Source of the DNA: Leptospirillum sp. | GTDB taxonomy: Bacteria > Nitrospirota > Leptospirillia > Leptospirillales > Leptospirillaceae | DNA length: 64,000 nucleotides | Reading direction: 5' to 3' | Assembly (NCBI GenBank): GCA_027343785.1 | Contig: DAHWKF010000022.1 | Span: 993 to 64,992, forward strand | Shown: piece after piece, positions 8,502-17,569 of the stretch | Position numbering within the stretch: position 1 is the stretch's first letter | Layout of the letters: each line of letters begins with the position of its first letter | Made by a program: the position numbers and the translations under genes | The notes under the pieces: generated by a model | Told to the model about the DNA's origin: nothing | Databases searched by the model: none | The model's input: the letters and a program-made list of their open reading frames with translations, nothing else

Positions 8502-8517
8502 TATTGGAGACTCGATT

Positions 8518-9909
8518 ATGCCCAAGCTGGTCACCCAGACGGAACTCGACGCTGTCGTCCGAACGGTTGCCCGATTTCCTGAAGGGGCTTCCCTTGAGGA
8601 CATTAACCACGCGCTTGGGTTGAAGCTCCCTCGTCGCACTTTACAGCGCCGTCTGGCGCAACTTGTTGTCGAACAACGGTTGATCGTTACAGGACTTGGG
8701 CGGGCTAGCCGCTACCGGTGGCCTTCTGTCAAAATTTCTGCAGTGTCGGAGATGAGTGCCAAAGGAACAGCCGACTTGACGGTCACCATTCCGCTTTCCC
8801 CGGAAGGAGAGGTTGTCCGACAAACAGTCCGCGCGCCGATGCAAAACCGCCACCCGGTCGGGTACAACCGGGCATTTCTCGATATATACGAACCTAACCA
8901 AACCTTTTATCTCTCTCAGGAAATCCGTCAGAGGCTGCTCGAAATGGGTCGCTCTCCAGATGGTCACCGGCCAGCCGGGACGTATGCGCGCCAGATTTAC
9001 AATCGTTTGCTGATTGACCTGTCATGGAACTCCAGTCGACTTGAGGGCAACACTTACTCCCTTCTTGATACGGAACGACTCTTGGAGTTGGGCGAGGCCG
9101 CCGAGGGAAAAGATGCCCGTGAGACACAAATGATCCTGAACCACAAGGCCGCGATCGAACTGATGGTCGAACAGGCCACCGAGATCGGGTTCAACCGTTA
9201 CACCATTTTGAACCTTCATGCGTTGCTATCGGAAAACCTGCTCGCCAACCCGGCCGCCGGCGGACGTTTGCGCACAATACCGGTCATGATCGCCGGCACG
9301 GTCTACCATCCGCTGGAAGTGCCACAACTGATCGAGGAGTGCTTCAACCGCATTCTCGATGCCACCGCGGCGATTGTCGATCCGTTCGAGCAGGCCTTCT
9401 TCGCCATGGTGCACCTCCCCTATCTGCAAACGTTCGAGGATGTTAACAAGCGCGTTTCCCGACTCGCTGCGAATCTGCCACTTATCAGGGAGAATCTGAG
9501 CCCATTGTCTTTCGTCGACGTGCCTGAGAAAGCTTACGTCGACGGAATCTTAGGAGTCTATGAACTGAATCGCGTCGAGTTGCTGCGCGACGTTTTCGTG
9601 TGGGCCTATGAGCGATCATGTGCACGGTACGTGGCGGTACGCCAGTCATTGGGAGAACCGGATCCGTTCCGCTTGTACTATCGGGCACTGGTGACTGATG
9701 TGGTCTCCAGGGTCGTTATAGGAGGGATGGATAAAAAGACTGCTGCAGCGTTCATCAAGCATCGTGCCGAGGAGGATATTCCTCAGGAAAATCGGATGCG
9801 ATTTATCGAGGTGATTGAAACGTCGCTGATGAGTCTCCACGAGGGCAACATCGCGCGCTATGGTTTGCGGCCGCCCCCGTATCGGAAATGGAAGGAAAAC
9901 TGGCTTTGA
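8518..9909 (+). CDS. Fic-family protein with N-terminal HTH
   Basis: SSRLEGN inhibitory motif; variant Fic motif YLQTFEDVNKRVSR. Confidence 0.88.
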   Translation: MPKLVTQTELDAVVRTVARFPEGASLEDINHALGLKLPRRTLQRRLAQLVVEQRLIVTGLGRASRYRWPSVKISAVSEMSAKGTADLTVTIPLSPEGEVVRQTVRAPMQNRHPVGYNRAFLDIYEPNQTFYLSQEIRQRLLEMGRSPDGHRPAGTYARQIYNRLLIDLSWNSSRLEGNTYSLLDTERLLELGEAAEGKDARETQMILNHKAAIELMVEQATEIGFNRYTILNLHALLSENLLANPAAGGRLRTIPVMIAGTVYHPLEVPQLIEECFNRILDATAAIVDPFEQAFFAMVHLPYLQTFEDVNKRVSRLAANLPLIRENLSPLSFVDVPEKAYVDGILGVYELNRVELLRDVFVWAYERSCARYVAVRQSLGEPDPFRLYYRALVTDVVSRVVIGGMDKKTAAAFIKHRAEEDIPQENRMRFIEVIETSLMSLHEGNIARYGLRPPPYRKWKENWL

Positions 9910-10113
9910 TTCTTGTTTTTTGGCGGTGAATAACTTTCCTGGTGAAGTTGCCGCCCATATAACCGGGAACAAGGATCAGCCAGCGAGACATCCGTTTGAC
10001 TTCGATCGTGACATTGAATATCTTTATAAGATTCTTCATGCCCAGAAAAAGGTCTTTTCTGGGCGGACCGTCCCGTATATGTTGCAGAAACGATTGAAGA
10101 GAATCAGACCAGC

Positions 10114-11880
10114 ATGACTGAAAAAGAGACGCGTTCGCTCAAGGCGCTCCGGCACAGCGCTGCCCACACCCTGGCGCAGGCCGTCAAGAAACTGTACCCG
10201 ACGGCGCAGGTGGGAGTCGGTCCGGCAACGGAGGAAGGGTTCTATTACGATTTTCGTTATGAACGCCCGTTTACCCCGGAGGATCTGGAGCGCATCGAGG
10301 CGGAAATGAAATCCCTCATACGGTCGCGTCTTCCGATCATTCGAAAACCGGTCAGCCGTCCGGATGCCGAAGAGCTTTTCCGCAAAAGGAATGAACCCTT
10401 CAAACTGGAGCTGATTCAGGGGATTCCGGACGAGGCCGAGATCACGGTATACGAACAGGGCGAATTTGTGGATCTCTGTCGAGGGCCGCATGTCGAATCG
10501 ACGGGAGATATTCCCGCCGTCAAGCTTTTGTCGACTTCGGGGGCCTACTGGAAAGGGATCGAATCCAACCCTTCCCTCCAGCGGATTTACGGAACGGCTT
10601 TCGAGAGCGAAGCGGAACTGGAAGCTTTCCTGAAAATGCAGGAAGAGATCCAGCGTCGGGATCACAGGAAGCTGGGCCGGGAACTGGGGCTTTTCCGGAC
10701 CCTCGATGAAAAAGGGGCTGGGCTCGTTCTCTGGCTTCCGAAAGGCAGCCAGATCCGGAGGACCCTCGAGGATCTCTGGAAGGTTCTCCACGACCGCCAC
10801 GGTTACCGTTACGTCTACACCCCGCATATCGCCCGACTGGATCTCTGGATTCAGTCGGGACACTGGGATTATTATCAAGACAGCATGTTCCGTCCGATGG
10901 AAACGGAAGGGACAGCCTACGAGCTGAAGCCCATGAACTGTCCGTTCCATATCCTGATTTTCAGGGAGAGCGTCCAGAGTTACAGGGATCTCCCCATCCG
11001 GCTGGCGGAGCTGGGAACGGTCTATCGTTACGAGCGCTCGGGCACCCTGCACGGTCTGATGCGTGTCAGGGGCTTTACCCAGGATGACGCCCATGTCTTC
11101 TGCAAGCCCGAGGATCTGTCGGGAGAAATCCGTCAGGTTCTGGGGCTTGTCGACCAGATGGTTGGGAGATTCGGCTTTACCGACCGGACGGTCTTCCTTT
11201 CGACCCGTCCGGAAAAATCCGTCGGAACGGACGAAAACTGGGAAATGGCGACCGAAGCCCTTCGAACGGCACTGGAAGAGTCCGGCATTCCGTATGAGGT
11301 TGACCCTGGAGAGGGTGTGTTTTATGGCCCGAAGATCGATATCAAGTTTCACGACGCCATTGGACGGGCATGGCAACTCTCCACGATCCAGGTCGACTTC
11401 AATCTTCCGGAGAAGTTCGATCTGACTTACAGGAATGCGTCCGGAGAGATCCAGCGCCCCATCATGATTCACCGGGCCCTGTTCGGTTCGATCGAACGCT
11501 TTTTCGGAATCCTGATCGAGCATTATATGGGGGCTTTTCCTCTCTGGCTCGCGCCGGAACAGGTCCGTATCATGACGATTGCCGACCGGCATATACCTTA
11601 CGGCCAGGAGTTGCTGGAGCGCATGAAGGAAATGGGCATCCGCGCCGAAGGGGATTTCAGGAACGAGAAGGTTGGTTTCAAGATCCGGGAAGCGCAGATG
11701 GAGAAGGTTCCGGAAATGTGGATCGTCGGAGACCGGGAGGTCGAGGAAAAAAGGGTGTCCATCCGTTCGCGGGAAGGACAAAAACAGGACCTGTGCCCGG
11801 TAGATTCGGCCCTGTCAGACCTTTCCGCGCGCTGCTGGGCACCGGAAATGGCGCCCCGCACGCGCGGATATAATGATTAA
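10114..11880 (+). CDS. thrS: Threonine-tRNA ligase
   Basis: RHSAAH, DLCRGPH, RDHRKLG, KPMNCP, YGPKID, MIHRA. Confidence 0.98.
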   Translation: MTEKETRSLKALRHSAAHTLAQAVKKLYPTAQVGVGPATEEGFYYDFRYERPFTPEDLERIEAEMKSLIRSRLPIIRKPVSRPDAEELFRKRNEPFKLELIQGIPDEAEITVYEQGEFVDLCRGPHVESTGDIPAVKLLSTSGAYWKGIESNPSLQRIYGTAFESEAELEAFLKMQEEIQRRDHRKLGRELGLFRTLDEKGAGLVLWLPKGSQIRRTLEDLWKVLHDRHGYRYVYTPHIARLDLWIQSGHWDYYQDSMFRPMETEGTAYELKPMNCPFHILIFRESVQSYRDLPIRLAELGTVYRYERSGTLHGLMRVRGFTQDDAHVFCKPEDLSGEIRQVLGLVDQMVGRFGFTDRTVFLSTRPEKSVGTDENWEMATEALRTALEESGIPYEVDPGEGVFYGPKIDIKFHDAIGRAWQLSTIQVDFNLPEKFDLTYRNASGEIQRPIMIHRALFGSIERFFGILIEHYMGAFPLWLAPEQVRIMTIADRHIPYGQELLERMKEMGIRAEGDFRNEKVGFKIREAQMEKVPEMWIVGDREVEEKRVSIRSREGQKQDLCPVDSALSDLSARCWAPEMAPRTRGYND

Positions 11881-11894
11881 CGAGGAGGGTATCA

Positions 11895-12467
11895 ATCAAT
11901 CCAAAACCCCGTGTCAACAATGAGATAAAGATCAAGGAAGTTCGGGCGATCGGTCCGGACGGCGAACAGCTGGGGATATTCCCTACCCATGTGGCCATCA
12001 AGAAGGCCGAAGAACTGGGGTACGATCTGGTCGAGGTGTCTCCCACCGCCAAGCCTCCGGTCTGCAAGATGATGGACTTCGGGAAGTACATGTATGAACA
12101 GAGCAAGAAGGTTCATGCCATGAAACAGCACCAGAAGTCAGGGCAGATCAAGGAAGTCAAGTTTCGGCCCCATATCAACGAGCATGACCTTGAGACGAAG
12201 ATCAACTATGTCCAGCGGTTTCTTGAAGACGGGAACAAGGCGAAGATCAGCATGATGTTCCGGGGTCGGGAGATGATCCATACCGAAGTCGGCAAGGAAC
12301 TCCTGCAAAAGATCATCGCGGCGACCGAAGGGGTGGCTGTCCTGGAAGTTCCTCCGCGGATGGAAGGCTCCAACATGACGATGACGCTGGCGCCCGCCGT
12401 ATCTACCGGAAAGACCGGGAAGGCCGGTGGGGAAAAATCTGACGAGGGCGAACCGGACAGTCTGTAA
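11895..12467 (+). CDS. infC: Translation initiation factor IF-3 (ATC start)
   Basis: GAGGAGG RBS then in-frame [34 protein letters not shown]. Confidence 0.95.
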   Translation: MNPKPRVNNEIKIKEVRAIGPDGEQLGIFPTHVAIKKAEELGYDLVEVSPTAKPPVCKMMDFGKYMYEQSKKVHAMKQHQKSGQIKEVKFRPHINEHDLETKINYVQRFLEDGNKAKISMMFRGREMIHTEVGKELLQKIIAATEGVAVLEVPPRMEGSNMTMTLAPAVSTGKTGKAGGEKSDEGEPDSL

Positions 12468-12505
12468 AAACCGGGATTTCGCGCTCTCCAACGAAAGGAT
12501 ATGTT

Positions 12506-12703
12506 GTGGCAACGGGAAAGAAACTGAAGGTCAAAAGCGCTGCGAGCAAGCGATTTTTTGTCAGTGGAACCGGCAAGATTCGCTACCACAAGACGAACAA
12601 GCGCCATCTGATGACATCCAAGTCGTCGAAACGGACGCGTTCTCTCAAGACCGGAACCCTTTTGAAAGGGCAAGCCGACAATATCCGGAAGGTTCTGGGG
12701 TAA
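12506..12703 (+). CDS. rpmI: 50S ribosomal protein L35
   Basis: [18 protein letters not shown]...RHLMTSKS; synteny. Confidence 0.93.
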   Translation: MATGKKLKVKSAASKRFFVSGTGKIRYHKTNKRHLMTSKSSKRTRSLKTGTLLKGQADNIRKVLG

Positions 12704-12780
12704 CCAGCGTCCGGAAAGATTTGAAAAACGGGTTTTTCGGGTCATTCTCACCGGAAAACTGAGAAGAAGGAGGCAGAAGG

Positions 12781-13272
12781 ATGTCCAGAGTGAAGGGCGG
12801 AACAATTCACAAGTCCCGCCGGAAGAAAATCATGGATTTGGCGAAGGGGTTCTGGGGTGGCCGTTCCCGTCTGTACCGTTCAGCGCGTCATACCGTTGAA
12901 AAAGGTCTTGCCTATGCTTATCGGGACAGAAAGGTCAAGAAAAGGGAATTCCGCTCTTTGTGGATTCAGCGCATCAATGCGGCCTGCCGTGTGGAGTCGA
13001 TCAACTACAGCCGTTTCATGGCCGGTCTCAGGAAGCTGGGGATTTCCCTCGACAGGAAGATTCTTGCGGATCTTGCCCTGAACCAGCCGGAAGCTTTTCG
13101 CGAACTGACAGAAAAAGCGAAGCAGTCCGTTTCCCGACCCTGTGTTTTACCCATTCTCAGGCTTCACAGGAGTCGGCCCCGTATCGGATGCGAACAACGG
13201 AAGCCGGCTCCTTTCCAGTTTTTCTTCCTTATGATTTTCCAGCCAAATCCGGATAAATCAACCCCATATTGA
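12781..13272 (+). CDS. rplT: 50S ribosomal protein L20 (C-terminally extended ORF)
   Basis: MSRVKGG, AYRDRKVKKREFRSLWIQRINAA, DRKILADLA. Confidence 0.95.
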   Translation: MSRVKGGTIHKSRRKKIMDLAKGFWGGRSRLYRSARHTVEKGLAYAYRDRKVKKREFRSLWIQRINAACRVESINYSRFMAGLRKLGISLDRKILADLALNQPEAFRELTEKAKQSVSRPCVLPILRLHRSRPRIGCEQRKPAPFQFFFLMIFQPNPDKSTPY

Positions 13273-14935
13273 TCTCGAAGAGAACGGTCGGCATCCGAAT
13301 CCCCCAGCGTTCAAGCCATTCCGGGTGAATCTCCCCGATTTCTCCGACGGGACCGGCCTGTGACGCGATTCTGACGGAGCCCGCCCGTCCGGGAATATAG
13401 GGCGGGGTCTCCAGTGTGGACAACGATGGCTCCTGGCCCATATATCTGAGAATTTCAAACACCATTCCCGCCAGTTCGGACAGGGAAGCCTGGGGGTGGG
13501 AAAGAAGCCCTGCAAACATCATCTTTTCCCGGACACGGGGAGGATGATCGGCCGTTTTTTCGAGGACTTCCCCGATTTCAAACAGGCGGTGGGGATACGG
13601 GAAGCGGCTGGACTGACTTTCCGCGGACAGGAGAAAGGACAGGAGGGTGGAGCGGACGACACCAAACTGACGGGATACCGGGTTGTCGATTTCCACCGTA
13701 TGGTCGGTGGGACGTCCCAGATCCCGGGTGTCTCTTTCAAGGGATGTCAGGACGTTGGAAAGGAGTTCCTGGAACCCCAATCCTGTCATCAGTTGCCGGA
13801 CGAGATCTTCCGCTATACGGGAAGGCGCTTCCTTGCCGCTGGTAAAGGAATCCGGCAGGGTCGGCTCAAACGAGTCGTATCCCCGGGAGATCAGAAAGTC
13901 CTCGACACAGTCGACGGGATGAAGGAGATCGTCACGGTAGAAGGGAGCCCTGACGAGGTAGCCGTCTGCCTTGATGTCCACGGAAACATACCCATAATCC
14001 AGGAGTTTTTGCCGGAATATGGCGCTGTCGACACGTTCTCCGGCCACGCGGTCCGGAAGGCCGGAAGGAACCAGGAGTTCAGGGCCTTCCGGCCGGGGGT
14101 AGAGCGTTAGCGTTCCCTCCTCTTCCACCATGACGGGCTCCATCGTAAATCCACGGTCAAACAGATTGGCGGCGAGAATGTTGATGACCAGGGAGATCCG
14201 CTCCGGATCGTGTCCTGTCGCTTCGATGAAAAGTTCCTGGTCTTCGGCGGCGACTTCCCCTGTGGATCGGGCATTGATGATCGGAGGAAATGACAGGACC
14301 GCTCCGGTATAATCGCGTAGCAGAGGAAAGCGTTGGTGGGAAGCCAGCAGCGTATGATATGCCTTTCCCTTGGGGTGGTGTTCCAGGATTTTTCCGAGGG
14401 TGAGTTCCTCTTCAAATCCCAGTGGAACAAAGGAGACGCTTTCGGGGAGGACACCCTCATAGGAAAGAGGGAATCTGAGGGAGCGCAGAGGGTAGATCCC
14501 GATGGCGACATCCGCCCTTTTCCGGCCGTAAAGTTCGGAAAGGCGTTCCTGGGTCTGGATCAGCTGGGCAAGACCATCTTCACCCAGTACGGGGCCGCGC
14601 GCAATAAATCCGCCAATGCGGGGCCTGACGGACGACACGGTTTCCTGAACGCGGATGACCGGCGGGAGGGCGGCCTGTTTCACCGTACCGAAGAGGTCGG
14701 ACCAGGGCCTTCCCGATGCTGAACGTCCCCCCCTGAGCTGTCGGGCAATCCCCTCGACGGTCCACAGGTCCGGCCGGTTGGTGTCGTTGAGTTCGATTTT
14801 CAACGAACCTGTCTTGACGTCCAGATCCTTGACCTCTCCCTTGACCCAGTCCAGAAGCTGGTCCAGTTTGTCGACCGGAAGACGCATTCCCGTCAGATTT
14901 TCAAGATCCCTGATCGTTGTTTCGAGGGTGGGCAA
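13229..14935 (-). CDS. pheT: Phenylalanine-tRNA ligase beta subunit, archaeal/eukaryotic type
   Basis: 568 aa; DTNRPDLWTVEGIAR, VLSFPPIIN, YRDDLLHPVDCVED; no bacterial B2/B8 domains. Confidence 0.93.
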   Translation of the reverse strand: MPTLETTIRDLENLTGMRLPVDKLDQLLDWVKGEVKDLDVKTGSLKIELNDTNRPDLWTVEGIARQLRGGRSASGRPWSDLFGTVKQAALPPVIRVQETVSSVRPRIGGFIARGPVLGEDGLAQLIQTQERLSELYGRKRADVAIGIYPLRSLRFPLSYEGVLPESVSFVPLGFEEELTLGKILEHHPKGKAYHTLLASHQRFPLLRDYTGAVLSFPPIINARSTGEVAAEDQELFIEATGHDPERISLVINILAANLFDRGFTMEPVMVEEEGTLTLYPRPEGPELLVPSGLPDRVAGERVDSAIFRQKLLDYGYVSVDIKADGYLVRAPFYRDDLLHPVDCVEDFLISRGYDSFEPTLPDSFTSGKEAPSRIAEDLVRQLMTGLGFQELLSNVLTSLERDTRDLGRPTDHTVEIDNPVSRQFGVVRSTLLSFLLSAESQSSRFPYPHRLFEIGEVLEKTADHPPRVREKMMFAGLLSHPQASLSELAGMVFEILRYMGQEPSLSTLETPPYIPGRAGSVRIASQAGPVGEIGEIHPEWLERWGIRMPTVLFEINMGLIYPDLAGKS

Positions 14936-14968
14936 TTGTATCCTTTCCTGATTTTCAGGCCCTTGAGC

Positions 14969-16528
14969 CTAGAGTGATTGGTGCGCCCCCTGCCGGCTTT
15001 TGGCGCGGGACAGGGTCATGGCTTGCAGCGTGTGGAGAGATCCGGAGAACAGATCCCGGATGTCCGACAGACCCAGGCGCATCATGGCCATCCGGTCGAT
15101 TCCCAGACCCCAGGCGATGACGGGTGTCTTGACCCCCAGAGGGAGCAGGACTTCGGGACGAAAAAGACCGGCTCCCCCGAGTTCCATCCATCCCAGCTGA
15201 GGGTGTTTGACATGGACCTCCACCGACGGTTCGGTAAAGGGGAAATAGGCGGGCTTGAAATGAACGTCCCGCGCCCCCGCGACTTCACGGGCGAACAGGG
15301 TCAGGAGTCCGAGGAGTGTCCTGAAGGAAGCTCCTTCCTCGATCACGATCCCCTCGGCCTGGTAAAAGTCCACCGCGTGGGTATGGTCAACCTGCTCATA
15401 GCGGAAGCACCGTGCCAGAGCGAAATATTTTCCCGGAACGCGGGGACCCGAAGCCAGCGTTCTGGCAGAAAGCGCGGTTCCCTGGCTTCTAAGCAAAAGC
15501 CTCCGGGCCTGTTTCTCATTGAACGGCTGGCGCCACCCCCGACTTCCGAACGTTTCCCCTTCCCCCGAATGGACGGCGCGGACCCGGGCGGCCGTTTGTG
15601 GATCCAGATCCGGAGTTTCCCGGGGTTCCCGCACAAAATAGATATCGTGGATGTCGCGGGCGGGATGCGTCTGGGGAATAAAAAGCGCGTCCATGTTCCA
15701 GAATTCGCTTTCGACAATGGGGCCCGTCATTTCTTCGAAACCCAGCCGGACAAGCTGCTTTCTGACAAGCTCCAGGTAATCCCGGTAAGGGTGGACGAGT
15801 CCCATCATGGGTCTGGGAGGAGGCGTGTCCAGGGAGTAGGGGCGAAACGTTTTCCCCTTCCATGAGCGGTTCTGGATCAGCTCGGTCGTCACGGGTCCCA
15901 GAAGATCTTCCCGGATTTCCAGATCTTCCGGTCTGATCATTTGGCTGTTGAGCTTCAGGTGTTTTATTTCCCTGGCGTCGAAGCGAAGGACCCCTTTTCC
16001 TTTTCCTCTTTTCCGCTGAAAAGAGCCGATCAGTTCACCGTCTTCCCGCGAAAGCTCTTCCAGAATCAGCGGGCTTTTTTCCCTGAGGCCGCGGATAATG
16101 CGGAATGCCCCTGTCAAGTGGTCCGGCAGGGGAGCTTTCTGTTCCAGCCGCCCTCCCGGAAGGATCGACAGCACACCCATTTCTTTGAGTTCACCGATGG
16201 CCTTGGAAATCTGTCCGGGGTCCCCGACGGATTTTCGGAGGGAGTCGAGGGTCAGAAGCGGATCTTCGGAAAGCTTTTTGAGGATCCATTCTTCGGGAAA
16301 CCCTTCTTCCACATATTGATGTCCCGCATCCGCCAGTGAGATTTCCGTCCGGATCTCCAGGACGGTTTCAACGACCAGGTTCTTGGCTTTCAACCATCCG
16401 GCGGCCATCTGGAACTGGCCCGTATCCATCCCGGTCGACGATTGCAGAACATCCTCCCGCTCTCCTTCCGGATGACGAAAAAGTTCTTTCAGAAGGGTTA
16501 TCTCCAGCGGATGAAAATTCCAGCTCAT
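14969..16528 (-). CDS. pheS: Phenylalanine-tRNA ligase alpha subunit, archaeal/eukaryotic type
   Basis: 519 aa; FWNMDALFIPQTHPARD, YFPFTEPS, WMELGGAGLFRPEV, AWGLGIDR. Confidence 0.95.
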   Translation of the reverse strand: MSWNFHPLEITLLKELFRHPEGEREDVLQSSTGMDTGQFQMAAGWLKAKNLVVETVLEIRTEISLADAGHQYVEEGFPEEWILKKLSEDPLLTLDSLRKSVGDPGQISKAIGELKEMGVLSILPGGRLEQKAPLPDHLTGAFRIIRGLREKSPLILEELSREDGELIGSFQRKRGKGKGVLRFDAREIKHLKLNSQMIRPEDLEIREDLLGPVTTELIQNRSWKGKTFRPYSLDTPPPRPMMGLVHPYRDYLELVRKQLVRLGFEEMTGPIVESEFWNMDALFIPQTHPARDIHDIYFVREPRETPDLDPQTAARVRAVHSGEGETFGSRGWRQPFNEKQARRLLLRSQGTALSARTLASGPRVPGKYFALARCFRYEQVDHTHAVDFYQAEGIVIEEGASFRTLLGLLTLFAREVAGARDVHFKPAYFPFTEPSVEVHVKHPQLGWMELGGAGLFRPEVLLPLGVKTPVIAWGLGIDRMAMMRLGLSDIRDLFSGSLHTLQAMTLSRAKSRQGAHQSL

Positions 16529-17568
16529 GTCCTCTTCCTTTCAGGGGTCGGTGGTGTTGTCGCTCCCAGAGGAGAGTGGCAAGCAACAGTGTGGGTCCAT
16601 GGAATCACGATTTCGTCTGTATGTGCCTTTTCGGATATCCGGAATGGCGGCGGTTCCGTCCGGCAGGCTTCCACCTTTTCCGGACAACGGTCGAAGAAGG
16701 GACATAAAGGCAGTGTCTGGGATTGTCCTTGGGGAATGGTTCCCGCGTCCGGGACGGGATCCGTACCGGATGAACCGGAAACGGCGGAGACGAGAAGCCG
16801 GGTATAGGGGTGGAGGGGATTGTCGAAGACCTCTCTCGCAGGGCCCGCTTCCACGTTGAGTCCCCGGTAAAGGACCAGAACATAGTCCGACAGGTAGGAA
16901 ACGACGGTCAGGTCGTGTGAGATGAACAGGAAAGTCATTTTGTCTTCCCTGTTCAGTCTGGCAAAGAGGTTGACGATCTGCGCCTGAATGGAGACGTCCA
17001 GAGAAGAAACCGGTTCGTCGGCCACCAGGAAGTCCGGAGAGAGGGCGATGGCTCTGGCGATTCCGATCCGTTGTCGTCCTCCTCCGGAAAACTCCAGCGG
17101 CAGCCGATCCAGATCGGCCGGATCCAGACCGACTTTCAGGAGAAGGGATTCCAGGGCTTTTTCGCGCATTTTCCTGTCAGGAAGGACACCGTGAACCAGA
17201 AAGGGTTCCTCGATGGTCTCCCGCACGGTCATGCGGGGGTTCAGGGATGAATAGGGATCCTGGAAAACCATCTGGAACCTTTTCCGGAGCGATCTCAGCG
17301 CCTTTCCTTTTAATCGGGTCAGGTTGGTGCCGTCAAAATGGATGGAACCCGACGTTGGCTCGATCAGCCGCATGACCATCCGGCCCAGTGTTGTTTTTCC
17401 CGAGCCGGTTTCTCCGACCAGACCGACGACCGATCCTTTCGGCAAGGAGAAGGAGACATCATAAACGGCGATCTGGCTTTCCGGAGGACGAAAAAAAGAG
17501 GTGCGGGGACGGGAAAATGTTTTTGTCAGATTCCGCACTTCGAGGACGGATTCGGGGGGGCTGGGCAT
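16525..17568 (-). CDS. Oligopeptide/dipeptide ABC transporter ATP-binding protein (OppF/DppF-like)
   Basis: GETGSGKTT, FQDPYSSLNPR, FSGGGRQR, ADEPVSSLD, HPYT. Confidence 0.9.
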   Translation of the reverse strand: MPSPPESVLEVRNLTKTFSRPRTSFFRPPESQIAVYDVSFSLPKGSVVGLVGETGSGKTTLGRMVMRLIEPTSGSIHFDGTNLTRLKGKALRSLRKRFQMVFQDPYSSLNPRMTVRETIEEPFLVHGVLPDRKMREKALESLLLKVGLDPADLDRLPLEFSGGGRQRIGIARAIALSPDFLVADEPVSSLDVSIQAQIVNLFARLNREDKMTFLFISHDLTVVSYLSDYVLVLYRGLNVEAGPAREVFDNPLHPYTRLLVSAVSGSSGTDPVPDAGTIPQGQSQTLPLCPFFDRCPEKVEACRTEPPPFRISEKAHTDEIVIPWTHTVACHSPLGATTPPTPERKRT

Positions 17569-17569
17569 T

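Noticed and set aside
9910..10113. T-box leader for thrS
   Set aside because: No T-box consensus or terminator visible.
10036..11781. 581-aa antisense ORF, and similar ones opposite polA, lon and 58750-60399
   Set aside because: Antisense shadows of better-supported genes.
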